Under the pieces are notes generated by a model, which saw nothing but the letters and a program-made list of their open reading frames with translations, did no database searches and had not been told where the DNA came from. 25,854 nt of DNA from Desulfurococcales archaeon (GTDB taxonomy: Archaea; Thermoproteota; Thermoprotei_A; Sulfolobales; WAQK01), in NCBI GenBank assembly GCA_027016915.1, contig JALURJ010000209.1, positions 1 through 25,854 of the forward strand, written 5' to 3'. Positions 1 through 8,638 of this stretch are shown here, piece by piece (position 1 is the first letter of the stretch; each line of letters begins with the position of its first letter). The position numbers were made by a program, and so were the translations under genes.

Positions 1-1
1 T

Positions 2-1282
2 ATTGCGCGGATTAAGGCCTACCAGGTTGATAATGGCGGGAACAGGGATCTTGATCCCCTAGACTTCGCCGACCTCCCCGACAATGTTAAGGTTAAGGTA
101 AAGGATGAGGTTGCAACAAACATACTCGGAGCTCTGAAGAAGAAATACGGTACCCTGAGAAACGCTTCAAGGGAACTGGGCGTCAGTGAGGCCTATCTAT
201 ACAGCTTCAACAAACATGCCCATTATTACGATAAGCTGAAGCTCGTACTAGAAGCTGTGGGCCGATCCCTCAGGACAACCGATATTGAGTATGTGGAGTA
301 TCGTAACGGATTTAGGCATAGGATCCCTGAGTTCAACGCTGATTTCGGGTACCTTATAGGCTACATGCTGGGGGACGGCACAGTATATATGCACAGGGAG
401 CTGAACAAGGGGTACATCAGGATATCCGTAAAGGACAGTGAAACAGCTCGGTATCTAGTAATTCTCATGGAGAAGCTTTTCGGGCGAAAACCGACTGTAG
501 TGAAGGATAGGCGGGCCGGGGTCATAGATATAACGTTTAACTCCATAGTGCTGGCGAGAATACTTCACGCACTAGGCGTGAGGAAGCCTAAGGCCAAGGC
601 GTCCATACATCCGCTACTAACGAGTCTTGGAGACGGCTTTCTCTCGATGCTCATAGCTGGCCTCATAGACTCTGATGGATCCTATATAATTAGGAAAGCC
701 GGGAACAAAGCTGGGGTCAGGGTAAGTATAGAGTTTAACACTACTAGTAAAGACCTTGCATATAAGCTACACATGTTGTTGCTCAGAATGGGCATATTTA
801 GCAGGATAAGAACCAGGAAGCCCAAAGCTGCGGAGCTTAGAAACCGTAAAGTTAGGGGTAAATTCGTGAAATATGTGGTTACCATAGCTGACCGAGAGAG
901 TATCAAGAAGTACGCTCAGAACATTTCATCCCCGTTAGAGAGGAACAGAAGAATCCTAGAAGAGATGGCCAGACTAGCGAAGGGGAAACTGCTAGACACA
1001 GTGCCGTCCGTTCTGGTAAAAGACATACTACGAAAATACCTCAAGCACAAGGAGGCGAAAAACGCGCTTATAAGCAAAAGCGTGTCAAGAACATGGCTAA
1101 GCAAAGTTTTAGACAAAATCCCGGAGGGCAGGGATAAGGAGTACCTCGAAAAACTTGTCAGAACACCGATATTTTGGGACAGAGTGAAAACCGTCACCAT
1201 ACAACCCGGCCCCCACATAGTCTACGACCTCACCGTAGAGGGTCAGCACAACTTCGTAGCAAACTCTCTCATAGTACACAAC
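2..1282 (+). mobile_element. Intein 1 in MCM (N-terminus outside window) with LAGLIDADG homing endonuclease
   Basis: LAGLIDADG motifs YLIGYMLGDG and IAGLIDSDG; block F VYDLTVEGQHNFVAN; terminal VHN followed by +1 Thr of TAAVLRD, matching the known MCM GL|TAAV insertion site. Confidence 0.95.
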
Positions 1283-3862
1283 ACCGCGGCCGTCCTCCGC
1301 GACAAGACTACAGGTGAGTATTATCTCGAAGCAGGAGCACTTGTACTAGCGGATGGCGGCGTGGCATGCCTTCATCCCGAGACCAGGGTTTTAGCCAATA
1401 ATGAGTATGTGCGTATCAGCGAGTTGTTCCGCGAGGATGTAGCGTTTAGTGCCTCGTCTAAGGGAGAGCCTGTAGAGCTTAGCCCCGTTAGGTGTAATGT
1501 AGTGGGGGTAAGGCTAGACAGGCTGGCCGTAGAAAGCGCCATTGCCAGCATTGTGAGGAAAAAACGGTGGCGTGGGGAGCTAGTTAGGTTTGTCTTCAAG
1601 AGTGGAGCCGAACTCATGGTGACGCCGGATCATCTGCTGATAGATGCTGATACCCTGGAGTGGAGGGAGGCGGGCAGCTTCAAGGTTGGAGACAGGGTGC
1701 TCTCGCTACAGAGGATACCTGGACATAACCATGATGTGTACATCCTAGATCTAGTTCCCGGCGAGTGGACCGCCGTCGTTGAGGGCAGGGATGCCGAGCA
1801 TTTGGTAGAAATAGCTAGGAGACTGTATGGTGGTCTCTCGAACCTCCGAAAGGCTGGGTGGAAGATCTATAGGTCACGCGGCAAGCTCTACATAAACGTA
1901 GGACTACTAAGGAAGATTCTTAGAGAAACCGGGCTATACAACGAATGGAGAGCCAAGAATACAATAAGGTATTCGAGAAAGCATCGGGCAGACGCGTTAA
2001 GGGTAGCAAAGATTACACCAGAGCTAGGCTACCTCCTAGGCTTCCTCCACGGCGACGGCTATATTATTCTGAATAAGCGGAGAGGCGTGGTGAACATAGT
2101 ACAGTCGTCTAAGCATGGACGGATCATAAATAGACTAGTGGAACTCATCGGCAAAGTTGTGGGGAAAACACCTAGGATTGATGTAAGACGCCTGGACTCA
2201 ATTATAGAGGGCAGGCGGGTCCCTATAGAATACGTTACTATCAGTGTAAACTCGGTTCTCCTAGCATACATAGCTAATTATTTCCTTGGCGATGGTCTTA
2301 GAAGACTGCCTAAGCTCCCTGATGAGGCGCTTAAGGCGTTTCTGGCGGGACTGATCGATTCAGATGGCTTGATCTCTGTGAAGAAATCGAGGGTTAACGG
2401 TGGACAGTACAAGGTTATCCATGTAGATATAGTTCTGGAGAACCGCGACCAGGTCGGCACCATACCGCTGGTCCTCAGACGTTTCGATATATATTCGAGG
2501 GTTAAAAGGAGAGGGAAAGTATGGCTTATCCAGATAACCAGTAGAGAGGACGTGGCCAGACTATTGGAGGTAATAAAACCATACAGCCTCAAGGCATCTA
2601 GAATCAGCATGCCTAAGTGGGTGAAAAACATTTCATCGAGAAAGAACCGTATACCCAGAAAATTATCGGAAATACTGGCCTCCCAGCTAATAAACTGTGT
2701 CAAGCCTTCAAACCTACTTAGGTTAGGAGCTTGGGGTATACTCTACGAGGCCTCTAAGGGCAGGAGAACTCTTGCTAAAAAGTGGCTTAGAAACCTGGTG
2801 TCCAGAATAGATTTCAGCATGCTCCCGACAGAAACAAAACAACTCCTAGAGGTGGCGATCAGCGAAGACTACTATGTCGACGAAATAGTGAGAATCGAAC
2901 GTATAGAATACGAGGGACCAGTCTACGACTTATACGTACCCGGAATCCACAACTTCCTAGCCAATGGAATAATAGTCCACAATTGTATAGACGAATTTGA
3001 TAAAATGAGAAGCGAGGACAGGAGCGCTATACACGAAGCACTCGAGCAGCAAGGCGTTAGTATCGCTAAGGCTGGTATTGTGGCTAGGTTGAATGCTAGG
3101 ACTACGGTGATTGCTGCTGGTAATCCTAAGTATGGTAGGTGGTTGGGTACGAATATTGCGGAGAATATTGAGTTGCCTCCGACGATTTTGTCGAGGTTTG
3201 ACCTGATCTTCATCTTGAGGGATGAGCCTCATCCGGAGCTGGATAGGAAGCTGGCGCGTCATGTGTTGAGGGTTCACAGGGAGGCCGAGTATATGAGGCC
3301 GGAGATACCGGTGGAGCTGTTGAAGAAGTATGTGAGCTATGCTAGGAGGAACGTGTATCCTAGGATGACGGAGCGCGCGGCGGAGATAATCGAGAAGTTC
3401 TTCGTGGAGCTGAGGAAGCAGGGCCTGGTGGAGGGTAGGGGCGGCAGGATGGTCGTGGTCCCCATCACGGCGAGGCAGCTCGAGGCCCTGGTGAGGCTGG
3501 CGGAGGCGCATGCCAGGATGGCGCTGAAGCCCGAGGTCACTGAGGAGGACGCGCTGGAGGCGATAAGGCTCATGATGGTGATGATGCAGGGCGTAGGCTA
3601 CGACACAGAGACCGGGATGATAGACTCCGACATCATAAGCGTGGGCATGCCGCGGAGCAGGCAGGAGAAGCTGTACAGGCTCTCCGAACTCATCAGGACC
3701 ATGGTCGAGGAGAGCGGCGAGGACTGCGTCAAGCTCGCCGACCTCAAAGAGAGGGCCGAGACCCTGGGCATAAAGGCCGACGAGCTCCAGAGGCTCCTAA
3801 AAATGCTGAGAGGCAAGGGAGAGATCTACGAGCGCCGCTTCGAATGCTACGCACCCGTCTAG
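2..3862 (+). CDS. mcm: Replicative MCM helicase (5'-partial), intein-containing precursor
   Basis: Frame is open from position 2; the ORF-track start at 257 is internal. Extein motifs: TAAVLRD...EAGALVLADGGVA, Walker B CIDEFDKM, EQQxVSIAKAG hairpin, AAGNP sensor 1, SRFDL arginine finger, ITARQLEALVRLAEA sensor 2, C-terminal winged helix. Confidence 0.97.
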   Translation: MARIKAYQVDNGGNRDLDPLDFADLPDNVKVKVKDEVATNILGALKKKYGTLRNASRELGVSEAYLYSFNKHAHYYDKLKLVLEAVGRSLRTTDIEYVEYRNGFRHRIPEFNADFGYLIGYMLGDGTVYMHRELNKGYIRISVKDSETARYLVILMEKLFGRKPTVVKDRRAGVIDITFNSIVLARILHALGVRKPKAKASIHPLLTSLGDGFLSMLIAGLIDSDGSYIIRKAGNKAGVRVSIEFNTTSKDLAYKLHMLLLRMGIFSRIRTRKPKAAELRNRKVRGKFVKYVVTIADRESIKKYAQNISSPLERNRRILEEMARLAKGKLLDTVPSVLVKDILRKYLKHKEAKNALISKSVSRTWLSKVLDKIPEGRDKEYLEKLVRTPIFWDRVKTVTIQPGPHIVYDLTVEGQHNFVANSLIVHNTAAVLRDKTTGEYYLEAGALVLADGGVACLHPETRVLANNEYVRISELFREDVAFSASSKGEPVELSPVRCNVVGVRLDRLAVESAIASIVRKKRWRGELVRFVFKSGAELMVTPDHLLIDADTLEWREAGSFKVGDRVLSLQRIPGHNHDVYILDLVPGEWTAVVEGRDAEHLVEIARRLYGGLSNLRKAGWKIYRSRGKLYINVGLLRKILRETGLYNEWRAKNTIRYSRKHRADALRVAKITPELGYLLGFLHGDGYIILNKRRGVVNIVQSSKHGRIINRLVELIGKVVGKTPRIDVRRLDSIIEGRRVPIEYVTISVNSVLLAYIANYFLGDGLRRLPKLPDEALKAFLAGLIDSDGLISVKKSRVNGGQYKVIHVDIVLENRDQVGTIPLVLRRFDIYSRVKRRGKVWLIQITSREDVARLLEVIKPYSLKASRISMPKWVKNISSRKNRIPRKLSEILASQLINCVKPSNLLRLGAWGILYEASKGRRTLAKKWLRNLVSRIDFSMLPTETKQLLEVAISEDYYVDEIVRIERIEYEGPVYDLYVPGIHNFLANGIIVHNCIDEFDKMRSEDRSAIHEALEQQGVSIAKAGIVARLNARTTVIAAGNPKYGRWLGTNIAENIELPPTILSRFDLIFILRDEPHPELDRKLARHVLRVHREAEYMRPEIPVELLKKYVSYARRNVYPRMTERAAEIIEKFFVELRKQGLVEGRGGRMVVVPITARQLEALVRLAEAHARMALKPEVTEEDALEAIRLMMVMMQGVGYDTETGMIDSDIISVGMPRSRQEKLYRLSELIRTMVEESGEDCVKLADLKERAETLGIKADELQRLLKMLRGKGEIYERRFECYAPV
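1367..2983 (+). mobile_element. Intein 2 in MCM (539 aa) with LAGLIDADG homing endonuclease
   Basis: Starts CLHPETRV (block A); block B VTPDH; LAGLIDADG motifs YLLGFLHGDG and FLAGLIDSDG; block F VYDLYVPGIHNFLANG; ends VHN before +1 Cys of Walker B CIDE. Confidence 0.96.
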
Positions 3863-3881
3863 CCCAGGGAGCTGGTAGGAG

Positions 3882-6080
3882 TTGAGGGTCGAAGAACTCC
3901 CCCTAGACCCCGAGGTAGTCGAGGCCCTGAAAAGGAGAGGCATAGAGAGTCTCTACCCGCCCCAGGAGGAGGCCATAAGGAAGGGGCTCCTCGACGGCAA
4001 GAGCCTTGTAGTAGCGGCGCCCACGGCTGCCGGCAAGACACTGATAGCCGAGCTGGCCATGGTCAGCGCGGCCCGGAGGGGGCGCAAAGCCATATACCTC
4101 GTGCCCCTCAAGGCCATAGCCTCGGAGAAGTACGCCGAGTTCAGCGAGGCATGGGCTGGCCTAGGAATACGCACAGCGGTAAGCGTGGGAGACTACGACA
4201 GCAGCGACGCGCACCTAGCCGGCTACGACGTAATCATCTCGACCTACGAGAAGATGGACTCGCTGCTCCGCCACCACGCCCCCTGGCTGGCGGACGTAGG
4301 CCTAGTAGTGGTCGACGAGATACACTACATAGACGACTCTAAGAGGGGGCCGACCCTCGAGATGCTGGTCGCACACCTGAAAAACGTTCTTCCAGAGGCC
4401 CAGCTCCTAGCCCTCAGCGCCACCATAGGCAACGTCGAGGAGCTGGCCGAGTGGCTTGGCGCCGAGCCCGTCGTCAGCGACTGGAGACCGGTGCCGCTGA
4501 AGGAGGGGGTCTACTACGGGGGCCGAATATACTACGCCGACGGCGAGGTAGAGGTCGTGACCGGGGCCACGGGCAACGCGCCCAGAGACCTGGTCAACGA
4601 CGTCCTTAGGAAGGGTGGCCAAGCCCTCATCTTCGTAAGTTCTAGGAGGAGAGCCGTGAGCCTAGCATCCCTACTAGCCGACACGGTGTCGAAGCATGCC
4701 AGTCCCCGCGAAGCAGCCGAGTACGCCGACAGGCTGAGGAGGGAGAGCGAATCTAAGGAGCTGGCCAAGCTCCTCGGCAGCCTTGTGGAGAGGGGAGTAG
4801 CCTTCCACCACGCAGGCCTCTCCTACGTCGAGCGCAGAATAGTGGAGGAGGCGTTCCGAAACACCGCGATCAAAGCAGTGGTGGCAACGCCCACCCTCGG
4901 CGCAGGCGTCAACCTCCCGGCAAGAAGGGTGATCATAGACTCGTACACCAGGTACGAGGTAGGCCTAGGCCGCATGCCCATAAAGGTCATGGAGTACAAG
5001 CAGTTCGCAGGCAGAGCTGGCAGGCCAGGCTATGACGAGGTAGGCGAAGCCATACTCATAGCGTCGAGGAGCCACGAGGTAGACGAGCTCCTAGAAAACT
5101 ACGTCCTCCAGGAGCCAGAACCCGTGTATTCAAAGATGGGGACGGGCCCGGCCGTGAGAAGCCACATCCTCGCAGCCATAGCCAGCCACGGATACAGGAC
5201 AAGGGAGGAGCTCGCCAAACTGGTGAAGCACACCCTCTACGCGAGCCAGTACGGGCCGCGCAGGCTCGTCGACCGCCTAGAAAGAACCCTCAGATACCTG
5301 ATCGAAAAAGGGTTCGTGGAGGACAGGCAGGGCATACTAACCCCCACACGGCTAGGACTAAGAGTGTCCGAACTCTACATAGACCCACGCACAGCCGAAA
5401 CCGTGCTGAAAGGGCTCAGAGCGGAGAGGCCGAAGGCAACCGCCATAGGCTACCTCCACCTAATAGCCATGACCCCCGACATGCCCAAACTCCCCATGCG
5501 GTCAGGAGACCACCGGAGGCTCGAAGCACTGCTCGACGCCCATTACCCCGAACTCGTCCTCCGCCCAGAGGACGTCGAGATCCTGGACCGTGACGACTAC
5601 CGAGACTACCTGGCCGCCCTCAAGACAGCCCTAATGCTGGCAGACTGGATCAACGAGCTCGACATGGACACACTGCTGAAAAGATACGACGTAGGCCCAG
5701 GCGACGTGAGGGCCTACGCCGAGACAGCCGCATGGCTCGCATACGCCGCGGCGGAACTCGCCAAGCTGGAGAAACCAGAGAAATACGCGGAACTGGCCAA
5801 TCTCCACCTAAGGATAAAGCACGGCGTTAAGGAGGAGCTCCTCGAGCTGGTCAGGGTGCCCGGCATAGGCAGGGTCAGGGCCCGCAGGCTCTACGACGCA
5901 GGGCTCAGAAGCATAGATGATCTCAGAAAGGCCGAGCCCGCAAAGATACTCTCCATAGCAGGCATAGGGGTGGAGACCCTCAGGAAAATCCTGGAATACG
6001 TTGGCTCGCGCAAACCCCTCCCCGAAGCCGGGCAGCCGGAAGACTCGAGGAAGAAGGGCAACCTCCTAGACTACATGTAG
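3882..6080 (+). CDS. hel308: Ski2-like SF2 DNA helicase Hel308/Hjm
   Basis: Q motif LYPPQ, Walker A APTAAGKT, DEIH box, LSAT motif III, FHHAGL, TLGAGVNLPA, QFAGRAGRPG, C-terminal HhH VPGIGRVRARRLY. TTG start 19 nt after the mcm stop, preceded by GTAGGAG. Confidence 0.95.
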   Translation: MRVEELPLDPEVVEALKRRGIESLYPPQEEAIRKGLLDGKSLVVAAPTAAGKTLIAELAMVSAARRGRKAIYLVPLKAIASEKYAEFSEAWAGLGIRTAVSVGDYDSSDAHLAGYDVIISTYEKMDSLLRHHAPWLADVGLVVVDEIHYIDDSKRGPTLEMLVAHLKNVLPEAQLLALSATIGNVEELAEWLGAEPVVSDWRPVPLKEGVYYGGRIYYADGEVEVVTGATGNAPRDLVNDVLRKGGQALIFVSSRRRAVSLASLLADTVSKHASPREAAEYADRLRRESESKELAKLLGSLVERGVAFHHAGLSYVERRIVEEAFRNTAIKAVVATPTLGAGVNLPARRVIIDSYTRYEVGLGRMPIKVMEYKQFAGRAGRPGYDEVGEAILIASRSHEVDELLENYVLQEPEPVYSKMGTGPAVRSHILAAIASHGYRTREELAKLVKHTLYASQYGPRRLVDRLERTLRYLIEKGFVEDRQGILTPTRLGLRVSELYIDPRTAETVLKGLRAERPKATAIGYLHLIAMTPDMPKLPMRSGDHRRLEALLDAHYPELVLRPEDVEILDRDDYRDYLAALKTALMLADWINELDMDTLLKRYDVGPGDVRAYAETAAWLAYAAAELAKLEKPEKYAELANLHLRIKHGVKEELLELVRVPGIGRVRARRLYDAGLRSIDDLRKAEPAKILSIAGIGVETLRKILEYVGSRKPLPEAGQPEDSRKKGNLLDYM

Positions 6081-6090
6081 CCCCGGAGGG

Positions 6091-7137
6091 CTAGAGGCTC
6101 CAGAACCTAGCCAGGATCCTCCTCGCCCTCCCCACGTACTCCACGTACCTCCTCGCCCCTCTGCCCGGATGCTGCTCCCTGAAAGGAGGCTCAGCCCTGT
6201 GGCCCGAGAGGAAGTTGTACACGGCACGCGGCAACGCCGAGACATTGTAGCCCCCCTCCAGCACAGCGGCAATGCCCCGACCAGTAACCTTCCCAGCAGC
6301 CTCGAGAAGCATGCGCGAGATGCTCCAAAAGCCTTGCAGCGTGACCGAGAGGTCTGCAATGGGGTCCGCATGGTAGGAGTCGAACCCCGCCGACACAAGT
6401 ATCAGTTCAGGCCTATACTGGTCCAGTAAGGGCAAAACGATGCGCTCAAAGGCGTACTCGTAGCCGTCATCACTAGTCCCCGGGGGAAGCGGCACGGCCA
6501 CGTTAAACCCCTTGCCATCACCCTCGCCCAGCTCCTCCGGAAAACCCCGGCCCGGGAAGAAGCCCAAGGGGTCCCTGTGCAGGCTTATGTAGAGCACCGA
6601 GTCGGTGTCGTAGAAGGTATAGGCCGTCCCATCGCCGTAGTGGGCGTCGAAGTCGACAATGGCAAGACGGGACACCTGGCCCTCCACCAGGAGCTTGGCA
6701 GCCGCAATGGCTATGTTGTTGAATATGCAGAACCCGGAACCCCGCCTCGGGTAAGCGTGGTGGCCCGGAGGCCTGACAGCGGCTAAAACTATATCGTAGG
6801 CGCTGTGGAGGGCCAGCATAGCAGCCTGGATGGCCGCCCCAGCCGCGTGGACCGCAGCGTCCCAGGTGCCCTCCGATACGTAGGTGTCGGGGTCCAGCAT
6901 GGTGGTGTATCCAAGCTTCGAGTAGTTCTCGATAAGCGACACATACTCATCCTCATGGACCAGGAGCAACTCCTCCATAGATGCAGGCCTAGGCTTAACG
7001 GTGTGCACCCTGCCCCCCAGGCCTTCGAGGAGGACCCTGATCCTCTCCCTGGACTCCGGATGGCCCCTGGGCTCCTCGTGCCGCGTGAAGACGGCGTCAA
7101 TTATTACGGCGATCTTCCCCTCCCCGGCCAAAAACAT
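6091..7137 (-). CDS. Zn-dependent histone deacetylase family protein (lysine/acetylpolyamine deacetylase)
   Basis: HPE, RPPGHHA, GFCIFNN, DFDAHYGDGT, SAGFD and LEGGY motifs of the classical HDAC fold. Confidence 0.93.
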   Translation of the reverse strand: MFLAGEGKIAVIIDAVFTRHEEPRGHPESRERIRVLLEGLGGRVHTVKPRPASMEELLLVHEDEYVSLIENYSKLGYTTMLDPDTYVSEGTWDAAVHAAGAAIQAAMLALHSAYDIVLAAVRPPGHHAYPRRGSGFCIFNNIAIAAAKLLVEGQVSRLAIVDFDAHYGDGTAYTFYDTDSVLYISLHRDPLGFFPGRGFPEELGEGDGKGFNVAVPLPPGTSDDGYEYAFERIVLPLLDQYRPELILVSAGFDSYHADPIADLSVTLQGFWSISRMLLEAAGKVTGRGIAAVLEGGYNVSALPRAVYNFLSGHRAEPPFREQHPGRGARRYVEYVGRARRILARFWSL

Positions 7138-7158
7138 TCCACCGCTATACAGTGTTGC

Positions 7159-7172
7159 GGAAAGCTATAAAT
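7159..7172 (+). promoter_or_regulatory. BRE + TATA box for the 7220 gene
   Basis: GGAAAGC followed by TATAAA at 7166-7171; a GGTGA ribosome-binding site lies just before ATG 7220. Confidence 0.6.
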
Positions 7173-7219
7173 CCTTCAACACATGTCAGTGAGTGGGCAA
7201 GACACAAGGGTGGTGAAAC

Positions 7220-7465
7220 ATGGCCGAGGAGACGGGTAGGCAGAGGTATGTTGTCGTGGTGGGGGACAAGGAGATAGAGATTAACGAGGAGGTGCTCAAC
7301 ATACTCCACGAGTATGTCCACACCCCCATGTCGCTGGAGAAGCTGGCTGAAAAGCTGGGCCTAGAGAACTGGGAGCAGGCATACGAGTTCATCAAGAAGG
7401 TGCCTGCCTGGATCATCTGGACTCCTCCAAGCCTCTGGAAGATAAAACGCATGGCTGAGGGCTAA
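7220..7465 (+). CDS. Small (81 aa) protein with HTH-like segment, function unknown
   Basis: Own promoter and RBS; MSLEKLAEKLGLENWEQAYEFIKK resembles a helix-turn-helix; Trp/Pro-rich tail. Confidence 0.8.
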   Translation: MAEETGRQRYVVVVGDKEIEINEEVLNILHEYVHTPMSLEKLAEKLGLENWEQAYEFIKKVPAWIIWTPPSLWKIKRMAEG

Positions 7466-7490
7466 TCATCTGACAGTGTTTTTAACATTA

Positions 7491-7508
7491 TAGCGGTTTT
7501 CTCCGCTA
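7491..7508. repeat. Inverted repeat TAGCGG-N6-CCGCTA (terminator or operator candidate)
   Basis: Perfect 6-bp arms in the AT-rich gap between the 7220 gene and the MoxR operon, with T-runs just upstream. Confidence 0.45.
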
Positions 7509-7579
7509 GTTAACAAATAAATACCCAGCACACCATTATCGATACCAAGGATCCCCAGCGCGCGGGGGAGGCACACTAA

Positions 7580-8638
7580 ATGAGGACACAGGCCGCCCTG
7601 CTGCTAGTATTGCTGGTGGTCACTGCAGCTTCTTCCCCACACCTAATCGGGGCCACAGAAACCACTACCCCCGAGCAGCTCTGGACTAGGCACGCCCCCA
7701 TAATAGGCAACCTCACCCTTACAGCCGAGGAGCTCCAGCAGCTCCTAGGATCCTTGCTCAACGCAACAACCGACCCGGAGCTAGCCGAGATCCTCGACGG
7801 CATGAATACAAGCCTAGCAATGGGAGACGAGGAGGGCTACAATAACGCCACCACCGAGCTACAAGAATACCTGGCTAACCTCTCCAGCGGGGAGATCTAT
7901 GCGGATATGGTTCTCGACCCAGCCACGTTGGAGAAACTGGCACTACTAGCATCCACCAACATGCAGGAGGGCGGAGGCCAGGCAAACGCAGACCTAAACC
8001 TCTACGCCCAGTTTCTAGAGCAACTGGTTGAGAGCGGCCTGCTCGGCGAGGCGGAGCCCTTGAGCGGCGAGCTAACCCCCGAGGACCTGGTTCAGACCTT
8101 GGAGGACATGGGGTTCAACGAGTCCGAAACAGCGTCCAAGAAAACGCCGCTCGAGGTAGCTAAGAGCCCGCCCCCGCTCCCCTCGGCCAGCCTGCCCTCA
8201 ACCCCTAGCCTATCCGCTCAAGGTGTAACCAGTCAACTAATCACAGCGTTCAAACTTATAGTCATATTTGCCGTCATCATGATTGCATCTTACCTCGCAT
8301 ACATGCATCGGCACAGGCTGCTCCAAGTCTCAGAGAGGCTGGCAAGCCGGATCACAGCACGGGCGAAGACCTGGGCAGCCCAGAGGGCAAAAACCCCCAG
8401 GGACGCCATTATAGCGTGCTTCGGAGCACTGGTGTCTGCAGCGTCGAGGCTCGGCTACCCTAAAAATAGGTGGGAAACAGCCAAGGAGTACGCGTCGAGG
8501 CTCGCATCCAGAGGCTTCGGACAGGCAGTGATAAAGGTGGCCAGCCTATACAACAAGGCCAAGTTCTCGACCCACGAGGTGACGTGGGACGACGTAGAGG
8601 AGTGCGTCACCTGCGTAAGAGAGGTGTCGTCAAGGTGA
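7580..8638 (+). CDS. DUF4129-like membrane-anchored protein
   Basis: N-terminal signal peptide, acidic ectodomain, Pro/Ser linker, one TM helix; C-terminal WETAKEYASRL...LYNKAKFSTH matches the DUF4129 pattern from memory; MoxR operon context. Confidence 0.78.
   Translation: MRTQAALLLVLLVVTAASSPHLIGATETTTPEQLWTRHAPIIGNLTLTAEELQQLLGSLLNATTDPELAEILDGMNTSLAMGDEEGYNNATTELQEYLANLSSGEIYADMVLDPATLEKLALLASTNMQEGGGQANADLNLYAQFLEQLVESGLLGEAEPLSGELTPEDLVQTLEDMGFNESETASKKTPLEVAKSPPPLPSASLPSTPSLSAQGVTSQLITAFKLIVIFAVIMIASYLAYMHRHRLLQVSERLASRITARAKTWAAQRAKTPRDAIIACFGALVSAASRLGYPKNRWETAKEYASRLASRGFGQAVIKVASLYNKAKFSTHEVTWDDVEECVTCVREVSSR

Noticed and set aside
257-259. GTG start of the 1201-aa ORF
   Set aside because: The frame is open back to position 2 and lies inside an intein; the true start is upstream of the window.
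650-2372. Shared AGLIDSDG peptide in both inteins as a possible recent duplication
   Set aside because: The codons differ extensively and the flanks do not align; it is just the conserved LAGLIDADG motif.
2822-3199. Long RNA hairpin between the A/C-rich and G/T-rich patches
   Set aside because: Only scattered, non-collinear 7-8-nt matches between one patch and the reverse complement of the other.
2957-3511. 184-aa antisense ORF and other opposite-strand or alternate-frame ORFs across the window
   Set aside because: They lie within well-supported genes, lack motifs and are expected shadows of GC-rich coding DNA.
6635-6660. DAHYG instead of DxHHG in the deacetylase
   Set aside because: The Zn-binding Asp and first His are intact, so there is no evidence of inactivation.
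8470-8634. N-terminal extension of the DUF4350-like ORF
   Set aside because: It overlaps the upstream gene by 169 nt and lacks a signal peptide; GTG 8635 is the better start.
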